Assembly: GCA_965372715.1 (NCBI GenBank)
Contig: CBDVDH010000002.1
Span: 62,001 to 122,538, forward strand
Direction of reading: 5' to 3'
DNA: 60,538 nucleotides
Source: an uncultured bacterium
GTDB lineage: Bacteria; B130-G9
The position numbers and the translations under genes are program-made. Position 1 is the first letter of the stretch, and the number at the start of each line of letters is the position of its first letter. This document shows, in pieces, positions 38,846 to 49,235 of the stretch. A model generated the notes under the pieces. It was not told where the DNA came from. It was given only the letters and a program-made list of their open reading frames with translations, and did no database searches.

Positions 38846-40028
38846 GTGCATCCACGAATCGGCCGCCGAGCGCCTTTTTGTAGGCCATGAGGATGTTTGA
38901 GGTCGTTCTCTCCCAATTGAATTCTCGTTCGGCCCGCATTCTTGCCATCGCCCCCAGCTTCACTCTCAGTCGGGGGTCTTGCAGCAGCGATACTATGCCG
39001 TCCGCAAGGCCTTCCGTGTCATCTGACGCGACGAGTATCCCAGCATCTGAGACGATTCTTGGAACATCGCCAACCTTGGTCGCCACGATCGCCTTCCCGG
39101 ACGCAAGGTATTCAACAATCTTGAGCGGGCTCTTGCACCGCGCCAGCTCATTGTCCGGAAATGTCGCAACGCAAACATCCGCGGCGCTCACGTATTGCGC
39201 GACCTTCTGGTGGGATATATAGCCTGTGAAATCAACAGGCACACTGTTTGTCTTCGCGAGCTCGCGCAGCTTCAGGAGCTTCGCGCCCCCTCCAACGACC
39301 ATGAACTGTGCGTCCGGGACACGGTCTCTGACCTTTCCAGCACACTCGATGAACGCCTCGGCGAAGGATGCCTGCTCAAGCTGCCCTTGATACAACACCA
39401 TAGGCCGTCTCACGCCAAGCGAATCGAGCGCCTCCGCGCTCAACTCACGGGGCGCAAAGAGCGACAGGTCCGCCCCAACGGGGGCGTCAAACAGATTCTC
39501 CGGCGAGGCGCCGTATTGCTCCGCAAGGCTTCTCAGCCTAGAGCTTGCGACTGAGACCGTATCGACAAGCCGGACGAGGCGCCGCTCCACAAAGCGGAAC
39601 TCTCTGAGCTGTGAGTCGGCCGGCCGCTCGGCCGGAAGGGAGCTTCTGAGTATCTCGGTCTCGTTGTCATCCCAGTCATAGTGGACGGGTTTTTGGTTCA
39701 GGATTGAGGCCAGAACGGCTGGCAGCGACACAGTGGGATGGCATTTTTGAAAGTGAACGAGGTCATGCGACTTGAGCAGCCGGCCCGCAATTGAGGCGTT
39801 TCTGAAAATCGCTCCCTTTTCAGCGAAAAGCCGCACAGTTGGGACCCTTCCGAGGTAGGAGAACTCGCGCAAGGATAGATTGATATCTGTGGGCGCCCGG
39901 TGAAGGTGACAGACCGTAGCAAGCGTTACCTCGATATTTCTCGCCAGAAGCTGCCTTATGATGTTGGCGGGGCGAACGAAGCTCGCAACTGCGCCCGGCG
40001 CATAGGGATACAGAAATAGAACACGCAC
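38835..40028 (-). CDS. GT4-family glycosyltransferase
   Basis: SPLKIVEYLASGKAIVATKVG and FNW. Confidence 0.9.
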   Translation of the reverse strand: MRVLFLYPYAPGAVASFVRPANIIRQLLARNIEVTLATVCHLHRAPTDINLSLREFSYLGRVPTVRLFAEKGAIFRNASIAGRLLKSHDLVHFQKCHPTVSLPAVLASILNQKPVHYDWDDNETEILRSSLPAERPADSQLREFRFVERRLVRLVDTVSVASSRLRSLAEQYGASPENLFDAPVGADLSLFAPRELSAEALDSLGVRRPMVLYQGQLEQASFAEAFIECAGKVRDRVPDAQFMVVGGGAKLLKLRELAKTNSVPVDFTGYISHQKVAQYVSAADVCVATFPDNELARCKSPLKIVEYLASGKAIVATKVGDVPRIVSDAGILVASDDTEGLADGIVSLLQDPRLRVKLGAMARMRAEREFNWERTTSNILMAYKKALGGRFVDALNP

Positions 40029-41123
40029 TCAGTTTTTTCTCTCTATCCGCCGCCAGAGGCCGCCGGGCTTCACACGGCCCAGGATTATGTGAAGCCAGCC
40101 GAGGACTATTCCGAAAAGTTGTAGAAATGGGAAGACCTCGCCGACAGCGATCATCAGCAACACGCCGCCCAGCGCTGCCCACAGCACCCATTGTCCGAGC
40201 TTGCACGTCAAGAACACCAAATCGTAAACCATGAACGCCGGCAGTGTGAGTGCAAACGCCCGCCTGAAGGGTTGCGTCACCGCTCCGAAGAAACCGTAAC
40301 GCGGGTTGAAAACCATAGTCCAGTAATGGCTCATCGTAACGAGCGTTGTGCTGACCCGGCGTCTTATCTGCACCGTCTCGGCCCAGACCGTCTCAGGGCA
40401 GGCTTCCAAGACCGGCGTATTCTTGGACACGACGCATCTGTACCCTTGCTTCCTGACGATAAACGTGATCTCGAGGTCGTCGATTATCGCTCTTTCTGGC
40501 AGTCTCTCGACGAGGTCGTGCCGAAACGCGAGGAAGCGCCCATCCAGGCTGCAAGCCGAGTCGATCAAACCCTCCGTGTATCTCATCTCCCAGTCCGACA
40601 CATGGAATCGGAGCTTGCTCCTCATATAGGGGATATTCCCTCTCTGTATCTTGACGAGGCCAGAAGCGGCGCCTACGTCGCCTCGTATCAGCCCCACGAC
40701 CTCCTTGACCGCGCTGGGCTCGACGACTGTGTCAACGTCCGTCACGATGACGATCTCCGCGTCGGTCGCCGACAGCCCCGCGTTGATCGCCTTGTTCTTG
40801 CCGCGTTCGCACCGAAGCAATACGACGGGGTATTCCAAAACGATCTCCGCTGTCCGATCTGTGGAGCCGTTGTCAACGACCAGGTATGTCAGTTTGTCGG
40901 CCGGATAATCGACGTTCAGGACGTTTTCAATCTTTTGCCTGATGAACTTCTCCTCGTTGAAGACCGGCACCAATATCGCGACCATCGGCCACTCATCAGG
41001 CTCGACGCTCTCAATTGGACCCTTACGTTTGACGATTGCTCTGCACAGTACCGAATAACCAAAAAGCACCGCGACGATGATGGCGGTCGAAATCCCAAAC
41101 ACGATCCACAGTAAAAGATCCAT
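40029..41123 (-). CDS. GT2-family glycosyltransferase
   Basis: VPVFNEE, VDNGSTD, GKNKAIN, TDVD, DD and QIRRR, with flanking TMs. Confidence 0.9.
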   Translation of the reverse strand: MDLLLWIVFGISTAIIVAVLFGYSVLCRAIVKRKGPIESVEPDEWPMVAILVPVFNEEKFIRQKIENVLNVDYPADKLTYLVVDNGSTDRTAEIVLEYPVVLLRCERGKNKAINAGLSATDAEIVIVTDVDTVVEPSAVKEVVGLIRGDVGAASGLVKIQRGNIPYMRSKLRFHVSDWEMRYTEGLIDSACSLDGRFLAFRHDLVERLPERAIIDDLEITFIVRKQGYRCVVSKNTPVLEACPETVWAETVQIRRRVSTTLVTMSHYWTMVFNPRYGFFGAVTQPFRRAFALTLPAFMVYDLVFLTCKLGQWVLWAALGGVLLMIAVGEVFPFLQLFGIVLGWLHIILGRVKPGGLWRRIERKN

Positions 41124-41293
41124 AAACCCCTCGTCCAAGCAGGCCCATCAAGGCAGATTCATCGCGGCCAAGACTATTGGTATTGAACCTAGCAGTCAAG
41201 GCTAAGGCTCCACGGCTTGCTGCCGAAGCTTGAGCCCACGATGAATTCGGGATTGGGGGAGGGAACGAGAAGACGGAGGGATGGCAGCCCTTT

Positions 41294-41908
41294 CTAATCG
41301 CCCTCCGCATTCATTACTTTGAATAGCGCCTCAGCGTCTCGCGCGAACTTGTGGAACGACGGGCATCGATTGCGACACGCTTGAAGGTCAAAGCTGGCGG
41401 TAAGACTTGGCTGATCGATGGTTTCCAAGTAATGTCTATTTCCTTCCATTAGAGCAGATAAACACCGCTTGGCATCCCTATATCGCTCGGGCTCTCGCCT
41501 GAAATCAGCGCTTGTGCGAATACCGCGTCTGCCTCGAAGTGATTCTATACTTCCCAGAAACCACGCCTCGAATTCGCGTTTTACAAGAACAATGCTGATC
41601 CGAAGATCGCCGTGTGCTGATCTTGCGCGGTTTTGGAGCTCCGGCCCCAACTCAGCGGGGCAGTCATCATCAGCATCCAAAAGCACCAAGACACACCTAC
41701 ATCCTGGCCGACTGCGCCTCGCCTTGGTTATCTCCCTCTCGAGCTCCCCCTCCTTTACGGTCCGGTTACATTTGACTCGAATCGCTTTCCCAATGGATGC
41801 AGTTAGTTCATGGTGGCCGGTCTCTGCTAGCATTCGCCGCAAGAGAATGGGTACCGACGAAACCTCCGAATGACCTTCGACTATCGGGACGATCAACCTA
41901 TCGCTCAT
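41294..41908 (-). CDS. DUF4276-family protein
   Basis: IVEGHSE, LDADDDCP, REFEAWFL and PSFHKF. Confidence 0.8.
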   Translation of the reverse strand: MSDRLIVPIVEGHSEVSSVPILLRRMLAETGHHELTASIGKAIRVKCNRTVKEGELEREITKARRSRPGCRCVLVLLDADDDCPAELGPELQNRARSAHGDLRISIVLVKREFEAWFLGSIESLRGRRGIRTSADFRREPERYRDAKRCLSALMEGNRHYLETIDQPSLTASFDLQACRNRCPSFHKFARDAEALFKVMNAEGD

Positions 41909-41913
41909 CTGGT

Positions 41914-41964
41914 TTAAGAAAAGTCAAATAGGTCTAGCTGCTTTGCGTTCTCCTTGGCGGCTCT
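41914..41964 (-). pseudogene. Probable C-terminal tip of the disrupted AAA ATPase
   Basis: RAAKENAKQLDLFDFS* ends 5 nt before the DUF4276 start codon. Confidence 0.45.
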
Positions 41965-42034
41965 TCAACACAGTTGCTCAGTTCCTCTACACTCTTTGAA
42001 GATTTTATGTTTCTTATTTCTTGCAGAAACGCGC

Positions 42035-43106
42035 TTACAAAGATAGAAAGAGATTCATAAACTTCTCTGCAATCTTCTGCGCTGAATTCTCACGAACATA
42101 TCTCTCTGCTGTATTTACTGTTGCTTTTCTGAAATGTTTTTCTTTTATTAATTTTAAAATTTGCATTTTTAGATGATCTCTATTGTTTGGCCGATATTTC
42201 ACGACTTCTTTATCTAACCCTTCAACATACCGAGTATCTGGGATTACTATGGGAGTACCGGAACCGAGGCATTGAAAGACCGTGCTCGAAACAACGATAT
42301 TGGTTGAGAGCCCTTTGGGGAGAAGATGAATGTCAGAAGCGTGTAAGTAATCATAGACCCTATCAATTAATGGTCTTTCAAACCGCACCACGCAAAATGA
42401 GGACCCCCCTGTCAGCGTTTTGCCCACCACTTCCGAATCGCTTGGATTGTCAGATCGAACCACTAAATATATCAATTTGTGCTTTTTGCCAAGTTCATTT
42501 GCTAACCAGAGATAATCGTCGTATTCAACCAATGGCTGTCTTCCGAATGAAAAGAGAATCAACGTGTCCTTGGGAAGCCTCAATTTTTCTCTCGCTTCTT
42601 CTTTATTGCCTGTAACGTACGGATGGCTATGGATAAGGTATTATATGTATTTTATCCTCCGGATATCTTTCTAGAAACATTGTTTTATACCGCCGGTCAA
42701 AACAGACAATCGCGTCAAAATCCAATTCGTAATATCCCGGATTGTCAGGCAGTTTCCACTCGTGAACCACCTGCACTTTTTTTGCTTTTATCTTTGGAAA
42801 CATTTCAATAAGGGTTGGAATTGGCATCCTGTCAAGCGATTCAACCACCAGAACATCACAATCCCCACCACACAGCCTCTCATCTACCCACCCACGTGAC
42901 CCCCAAGTCTGTTGAAATCCTCTTATTACGAAATCCTCATCCTTCCCGGTTGTGATTGGCAAGTGGTGTGGGTCTTTACTCATTGAGTCAAGGGTTGGAG
43001 CAAAAACGGTAAGTTTATGTGTTTTGGTAAACTCCCTGCCCAGGAGTTCAGCATGGCAGGAGGTTCCATCCGTGGCATTCCAAGTTGTAAGCATTGTTAT
43101 CCGCAT
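42035..43106 (-). pseudogene. AT-rich GT-B glycosyltransferase split by a 1-nt insertion
   Basis: Removing one A from CCA-TAG-CCA near 42628 gives IIPYPCHPYVTGNKEEAREKLRLPKD and joins ORFs 42627-43106 and 42035-42583. SD AAGGAG. Confidence 0.75.
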
Positions 43107-43128
43107 AATTTAATCTCCTTTCGGTATT

Positions 43129-43266
43129 TCAGTCGCCAAGCAAAATGTCGTCTAAAAAGTTGCTCTTGCCGGCGCCATTAGGCCCTACGAGAACGGTAAA
43201 TTGACTGAGGTCAACAACTGCCTGAGCAATACTTTTGTAGTTCTTGATCTGGACTCTTTTCAGCAT
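43129..43266 (-). pseudogene. N-terminal fragment of an AAA_21-type ATPase
   Basis: SD GGAGG then MLKRVQIKNYKSI..FTVLVGPNGAGKSNFLD, truncated after Walker A. Confidence 0.85.
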
Positions 43267-43470
43267 CTCGCCTCCGAATTCTCGTAAATCTCTCGCTTGC
43301 TCTATTCAGAGCTGTGCCCATCCTAGCTCTCAATTGGCCTCACGTCAAACCGGCTGACCCTGTCCACACTCATTGAACCGTCGGCTTTAATCAGGTTGAC
43401 AGTAAGGTTCTTATCCGACAGGATTCCAGCGTCAATATAGAGTTTCGTGGGCGCTAATCAATGGCTAAAC

Positions 43471-43574
43471 AGGGGCGGATTATGCTAGCGAAGGTGAAGA
43501 GCTGCGCTGTGGTTGGGATCGAGGCGAGCATGGTCGAGGTAGAGGTTGACCTCGCGCCTGGCACTTGCATCTAC
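43471..43574 (+). repeat. Duplicated 5' end of comM (104-bp direct repeat of 45737-45840)
   Basis: Near-identical AGGGGCGGATTATGCT...TGCATCTAC. Confidence 0.95.
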
Positions 43575-43758
43575 GCCGTCGCCCGCCAGCGAATACGCAG
43601 GCGCATCTTTGCTCACATCTACGAACCGCGTGCCGCTCAGCCAAAACTCTCTGACCGAAAGGTTCAAGATGAAGTTGAGCGTCGCAGACTTGGCCGCTAC
43701 CCGAACCAAATAACTCCCCGACAGGCCGACCTTCGTGAGGAGCGATCTCAATAGACGA

Positions 43759-45281
43759 TCACTCGGTGATAGCAAACGGGAATAAGCTCGGGTCCCCGAT
43801 GAACTCGAATTGGCCCGGATTGGTCAGCGCGGCGGCAAAGAGGTAGCTTCCGGGGCCTTGTGGGACAGTCGTCCGGAGGACCTCGGTCGGCCCGAAATCA
43901 AACCCGCTCGGCAGCACGACATTGGAGACCCAGGGGCATGTCCCAATCGCGAGGCCGCCGCTGGTGAGCGACATTATCGCACCGTCGGGCAGAACGAACG
44001 CGACGTAGGCGTCAACCGAGACATCTGGACCCGGATTATGCGCCTCGATAAAGCCGACAAGGGCATCGCCCGGGGCGAACTGACTGGAGTTGAGCGAGGA
44101 TTCGGTATATGGGTTCTGTTCCAGTGTCAGCGTGTAATGATAGCCCATATCCACGACGCCCGTGTCTGGAACGCTGTCTGTTCTAGTGGTGAGCTTGTCG
44201 AGGCCCAGGCTCTCCGCCGTGCCGCTTCCTGTGTCTATGCAGGGGCTGTCGGCATCCTGCCCCGCTGCCCGGCAGGACAGATAATAGTCGCCGAGCGGCC
44301 CTGTGGCGAAGAGCGGGTCATCCGAGATGTTGCCCTCGCCCCCGCCTGTCCAGCCCCGAATGCAGCAATGGGTTATCGCTGCGTAGGACTCCCCCAGCTC
44401 GGGGTCATCCGGAGCCTCATTTCCCCAGACAATGCAGTTGCTCATCGTCCCGTAGTATTCGTACAGCCCGCCGCCGCTTGCGCCCGCAGAGTTGCCGGTG
44501 ATCGTGCAGTTGCTGATCGTCCCGTCGCAATAGATCAGCCCACCGCCGGCCCACTTCGCGGTGTTGCCGGTGATCGTGCAGTTTGTGATCGTGCCGTCGC
44601 AGTCGTGAAGCCCACCGCCGTACCCAGTAGTGTTGCCGCTGATCGTGCAGTTTGTGATCGTGCCGTCGCAGCTGTCCAGCCCACCGGCCGGGTTGCCGGT
44701 GATCGTGCAGTTGCTGATCGTCCCGTCGCAGCCGTAAAGCCCGCCGGCGTACGCGCCGCTGTTGGCGCTGATCGTGCAGTTGCTGATCGGGCCCTTGCAC
44801 GCGGTAAGCCCGCCGTACGAGTTACCGCTGATCGTGCAGTTGCTGATCCCAGCAAGCGTGCAAACCGGATCGGGCCCCGGGTCCCCACCTAGAATTCCGC
44901 CGCCGTAGCCGGAAGCGCTATTGCCTCTGGTGATCGTGAACCCTGACAGCTGGCACGTCTCGTCTTCCGTGCCCGCAAACGTAACTACGCTGCCCTTCTG
45001 GCCGCCATCGATAACGGTGGAGGCGACGACCTGTTCATCCTTGGGGTCGAGGGAACGTAGCGTTATATTTTTCCCGTCGAAGTGGATGTTCTCGCAGTAG
45101 GTCCCCGGATGCACGACTATGACGTCGCCATGCCCAGCCGCGTCAATCGCAGCCTGAATCGTCGTGAAGTCGCCCGTCCCGTCCCGTCCCGTTTGACGTC
45201 GTACTCAGTCGCATACACACCACAGCCTGATAAACAAAGAAGCAACCAACACACCAAAAGACAGCCGAACAACCTGGTCAT
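43759..45281 (-). pseudogene. Secreted beta-helix repeat protein frameshifted at (ACGGG)4
   Basis: Signal peptide MTRLFGC... from 45281. Three repeat units instead of four would give VKRDGTGDFTTIQAAID..VHPGTY, in frame with ORF 43759-45114. CDGTISNCTITGN repeats follow. Confidence 0.85.
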
Positions 45282-45416
45282 CTTCCCCTCGCAAGATTAA
45301 ACGCCGTTAGTTTTGCACGTTTCGACTATCCAAGAATACCTCGCCCATCGTGCTCGTTCAATACTCTTTTCGACACGCAGGAGTTTGGCCATTCGCCACA
45401 AAGAGTCAGTTGGAGG

Positions 45417-45593
45417 TTTTGGAGTGCGGCGGCTCGACGCCGCTTTGGCTGGCCGCGGCTTGACGCGGCGTCTTGCTTGACTAAGAGCTCCGCGAAGTCC
45501 CGCCTGGCGCCTTTACAGTTTTGAGAGCTGTGTATTAGGGGCGGTGTCGAGCCACCGCAAATGAAAGCGGCGTCGAGCCGCCGCACTCCAAAA
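45417..45593. repeat. REPIN/MITE-like element with perfect 30-bp inverted ends
   Basis: TTTTGGAGTGCGGCGGCTCGACGCCGCTTT at 45417-45446 and its exact reverse complement at 45564-45593. Confidence 0.88.
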
Positions 45594-45747
45594 TGTCATT
45601 CGGGCTCGGGTCGGCGCGATTTATCGCCTACACGTGGCTCGTTTGGTCGTGTCGCTTCTTGTCAGTTGACAGCCACGAGGCGAGAGGCCAAGATTCGGCC
45701 TGCTATTCTTTGGTTTGTCTGAGTTGGAACTTGACGAGGGGCGGATT

Positions 45748-47277
45748 ATGCTGGCGAAGGTGAACAGCTGCGCTGTGGTTGGGATCGAGGCGAACATGGT
45801 GGAGGTAGAGGTTGACCTCGCGCCTGGCACGTGCATCTACTCGGTTGTTGGCCTGCCGGATACGGCGGTCAAGGAGAGCAAGGAACGCGTGATTGCGGCT
45901 CTTCGCAACGCTGGCTTCGACCTTCCCGATGGCCGGATCACGGTCAATCTGGCCCCAGCCGGCGTCAAAAAGCAGGGCGCGGGACTCGATCTACCGATTG
46001 CGGTCGGCATCCTCGCCGCGCAGGGCTTCCTTGAGCGGTCCGCTCTCGCCAAGTTCTGCCTCATCGGCGAGCTCTCGCTCGATGGTCAGGTTCGCGAGGT
46101 TCCGGGCGTTCTCCCGATGACGATGACGGCCCGTGACGCCGAGTGCGTGGGCATGATCGTCTCAGAGGCAAATGCCAATGAGGCGGGGGTGGTGGATGGC
46201 GTGGATGTCTTCGCGGTGAGCTCGCTTGCGCAGACCGTCGATTTCATCAACGGCAACGTCGAGATACCGCGCACCGTCGTTGACATGCAGAGCGCCTTCG
46301 AGACAGCTTCTCACTACCGAATCGATTTCGCGGACGTCAAAGGCCAACTGCACGCCAAACGCGCGCTTGAGGTCGCGGTCGCTGGGGGGCACAACGTGAT
46401 TATGATCGGCCCGCCGGGCGCTGGCAAGACCATGCTCGCCAAGCGGCTCCCGACGATCCTGCCCGAGCTGACGCTTGAAGAGGCGCTTCAGACGACGAAG
46501 ATACACAGCGTGGCTGGGCTGCTCACGAAGGGCCAATCGCTCGTTGCGACCAGGCCATTCAGGTCACCACACCACACCATCTCGGATGCTGGCCTGATCG
46601 GCGGCGGCGCATACCCTCGCCCCGGTGAGGTCTGCCTCGCCCACAACGGCGTCTTGTTTCTCGATGAGCTGCCCGAGTTTCACCGCAACGTCCTCGAGGT
46701 GCTGAGGCAGCCGCTCGAGGAGGGCTCGGTTGTTATCTCGAGAGCGGCGCTTTCGGTCAGGTTCCCCACACGGTTCATGCTCGCGGCCGCGATGAACCCG
46801 TGTCCGTGCGGTCATCTGACGAACCCCAAGGTCGCCTGCAAGTGCACACCAAATCAGATTCAGCGGTATCGCTCCCGCATCTCCGGCCCCTTGCTCGACA
46901 GGATCGACATCCACCTCGACGTGCCTGTCGTGCCGTATTCCGACCTTGCGAAATGGCGACAGGGAGAGCAATCGGCCATCGTCAGGGCTCGGATCAACGG
47001 CGCACGGAAGATACAAGAGAAGCGTTTCGCAGACGAGCCATTCTTCAGCAACGCTCACATGCAGACCAAGGACCTCAAGAGATACTGTCGGCTTGACGAG
47101 CAGTGCGAGTCGATCATGGAGTCTGCGATCAACCGGATGGGCATGAGCGCCCGGGCCTACGACCGCATCCTGAAGGTCGGCCGCACGATAGCCGACCTCG
47201 CCTCTGAGCCGACCCTCCTCCCTGAGCACATCTCCGAGGCCATCCAATACCGCACGCTCGACCGGCAGTTCTCATAG
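45748..47277 (+). CDS. comM: ComM/YifB Mg-chelatase-like AAA+ ATPase
   Basis: VGLPD.AVKES.ERV, ITVNLAPA, GPPGAGKTMLA, RPFRSPHH, LFLDELPEF, MNPCPCG and [11 protein letters not shown]. Confidence 0.96.
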   Translation: MLAKVNSCAVVGIEANMVEVEVDLAPGTCIYSVVGLPDTAVKESKERVIAALRNAGFDLPDGRITVNLAPAGVKKQGAGLDLPIAVGILAAQGFLERSALAKFCLIGELSLDGQVREVPGVLPMTMTARDAECVGMIVSEANANEAGVVDGVDVFAVSSLAQTVDFINGNVEIPRTVVDMQSAFETASHYRIDFADVKGQLHAKRALEVAVAGGHNVIMIGPPGAGKTMLAKRLPTILPELTLEEALQTTKIHSVAGLLTKGQSLVATRPFRSPHHTISDAGLIGGGAYPRPGEVCLAHNGVLFLDELPEFHRNVLEVLRQPLEEGSVVISRAALSVRFPTRFMLAAAMNPCPCGHLTNPKVACKCTPNQIQRYRSRISGPLLDRIDIHLDVPVVPYSDLAKWRQGEQSAIVRARINGARKIQEKRFADEPFFSNAHMQTKDLKRYCRLDEQCESIMESAINRMGMSARAYDRILKVGRTIADLASEPTLLPEHISEAIQYRTLDRQFS

Positions 47278-47351
47278 AGAGAGCTGTCCTTCGGGTAGAA
47301 TAAGGACTTGAAAAATACATAACCTATCTGGTAAAGTCATTTGTTGAATCT

Positions 47352-47687
47352 ATGGACATTCATTTCAAGTCCAAAAAGCTGCAGCGCATTTTCGCGAGAG
47401 AGGAAGAACTTAACAAGTGTTTCGGAAAGAACAGGGCAAGATCTATAATGCGGGGCCGTTACTTCCTTGAAGCAGCGGTTAACCTCGCTCAAGTAACGAG
47501 CATGCCGCCCATGAGGTTGCATGAGCTGAAAGGGAAGAGAAAGGGCCAGTTCGCCGTCGATGTGGGGCCTAACTGGCGAATCATCTTTGAGCCAGTAATT
47601 CGCCCTGCCCCCACAAGGGAGGATGGGGGTCTGGACTTGCGTCAGATTACAGCCATAAGGATATTGGGCGTTATTGATTACCATTGA
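47352..47687 (+). CDS. higB: HigB-like (RelE superfamily) toxin
   Basis: MDIHFKSKKL..RLHELKGKRKGQFAVD..WRIIFEP..IDYH. Toxin-first gene order. Confidence 0.8.
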   Translation: MDIHFKSKKLQRIFAREEELNKCFGKNRARSIMRGRYFLEAAVNLAQVTSMPPMRLHELKGKRKGQFAVDVGPNWRIIFEPVIRPAPTREDGGLDLRQITAIRILGVIDYH

Positions 47688-47698
47688 GAGGTGGTTTG

Positions 47699-48823
47699 AT
47701 GTTTGACTATGAGCCGGATTATCTCGTTCATCCTGGAGAGATACTAGAAGAACACCTGTCATGCAGGAGTATGACAAAGACGGAATTGGCTCGACGGAGC
47801 GGCCTTAGCGTCAAACACATCAGTCAGATCATTAATTGCAAGGCCTCGATATCGCCTGAGACAGCCATTCTTTTTGAGAAAGTGCTCGATGTGGCCGCTG
47901 ATATCTGGACGAACCTTCAGACCCTCTATGATTTGCGGTTGGCCCGACAGAACGAGCGCAGAAGACTCGCTGCCGATTCCGAATGGGCCAGGGATTTCCC
48001 AATTGCGGCTCTGGTTAAAAGAGGGCATATCGCCCAAACTAGAGATGTCGCTGATAGAGTAGCGAGTCTATTGAGGTTCTTTGGAGTGCCCCGTGTCGAA
48101 ATATGGGAGGAACAATATAAGGACAAAAGGCTGGCCGTGTCATATCGACAGTCCTCCGCATTCAGAAGCTCAAAGGAATCAGTGGCTGCATGGCTCAGGG
48201 TCGGGGAGCTAATGGCTGAGAACATATCGACTCAACGTTATGACAGAGGCTCGTTCAGAGAATCGCTGAGACAGATTAGGACCTTGACGCGAGAGAACCC
48301 GGATGTGTTTGAACCCAGAATGAGGGAATTGTGTCAGGCTTCAGGGGTTGCTCTGATCTTCGTGTCTGAACTCCCGAAGACACGGCTCTTCGGGGCCACA
48401 CGATGGCTAACATCCGACAAAGTTCTAATCATGCAGAGTCTGCGTCGCAAAAGCGACGATTACTTCTGGTTCACGTTCTTTCATGAGGCTGGTCATATCC
48501 TATTGCACGGGAAGAAGGACGTTTACATTGACGAGAAGGACATGGGCACCAACGAAAAGGAAGAAGAGGCAAACCGGTTTGCGTCAAACGCACTAATACC
48601 CGAGGCGACGTATAGAGCATTCCTTCGTAGGAAGCGATTTTATAAGGAAGATGTCATCGCATTCGCCGAGCAAATGGAGATCGCACCTGGCATCGTTGTC
48701 GGGCGTCTCCAGCATGGTGGGCACATTCCCCATAGCTGGCACAATGACCTTAAGCGGACTTTCGAGCTTACTGAAAGCAGCAAAGCAGAGGCAAACCATG
48801 CTGAGTACCCTGAAGGAGCATAA
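47699..48823 (+). CDS. higA: HigA-type XRE antitoxin fused to an ImmA/IrrE-like Zn peptidase
   Basis: [23 protein letters not shown] (HExxH), E.EANRFA and [10 protein letters not shown]. Confidence 0.88.
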   Translation: MFDYEPDYLVHPGEILEEHLSCRSMTKTELARRSGLSVKHISQIINCKASISPETAILFEKVLDVAADIWTNLQTLYDLRLARQNERRRLAADSEWARDFPIAALVKRGHIAQTRDVADRVASLLRFFGVPRVEIWEEQYKDKRLAVSYRQSSAFRSSKESVAAWLRVGELMAENISTQRYDRGSFRESLRQIRTLTRENPDVFEPRMRELCQASGVALIFVSELPKTRLFGATRWLTSDKVLIMQSLRRKSDDYFWFTFFHEAGHILLHGKKDVYIDEKDMGTNEKEEEANRFASNALIPEATYRAFLRRKRFYKEDVIAFAEQMEIAPGIVVGRLQHGGHIPHSWHNDLKRTFELTESSKAEANHAEYPEGA

Positions 48824-48854
48824 GGACACCCTCAGTCACTCCAGGAAGCTTGTT

Positions 48855-49009
48855 ATGGAGGCGGCGATCAGCCGGATGGGCATGAGCGCCCGGGCCTACG
48901 ACCGCATCCTGAAGGTCGCTCGGACGATAGCCGACCTCGCCTCTGAGCCGCGCCTCCTCCCCGAGCACATCTCCGAGGCCATCCAATACCGCACGCTCGA
49001 CCGGCAGTT
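48855..49009 (+). repeat. Duplicated 3' end of comM (155-bp direct repeat of 47116-47270)
   Basis: Near-identical ATGGAG...CCGGCAGTT. Confidence 0.95.
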
Positions 49010-49235
49010 TGAGTGACGCTGCATGCTCTGCCGGTCGTGTCCAACGCTCTGGAGCCAAGGTATTCGGCACCGAAGCCCGTGTGTAAGGTACCCCGGCAGA
49101 GGGATATGGCAGGGCGTTGAATTAGGGCGAGGTCACGATCGTGTGTAACGCAGAAATGCGGGTCAATTCTGTGGTAACATCCCACGTGTTGTTGTCAAGT
49201 GATTGCTTCGTGTTCACCATACTGGCGTCTGAGTT

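Noticed and set aside
43461-43754. 97-aa ORF as a real gene
   Set aside because: It is the duplicated comM head running into unrelated sequence.
43810-44892. Long antisense ORFs (also 25803-26780, 40191-41114, 46564-47247)
   Set aside because: They are shadow frames of GC-rich, repetitive genes on the opposite strand and have no independent motifs.
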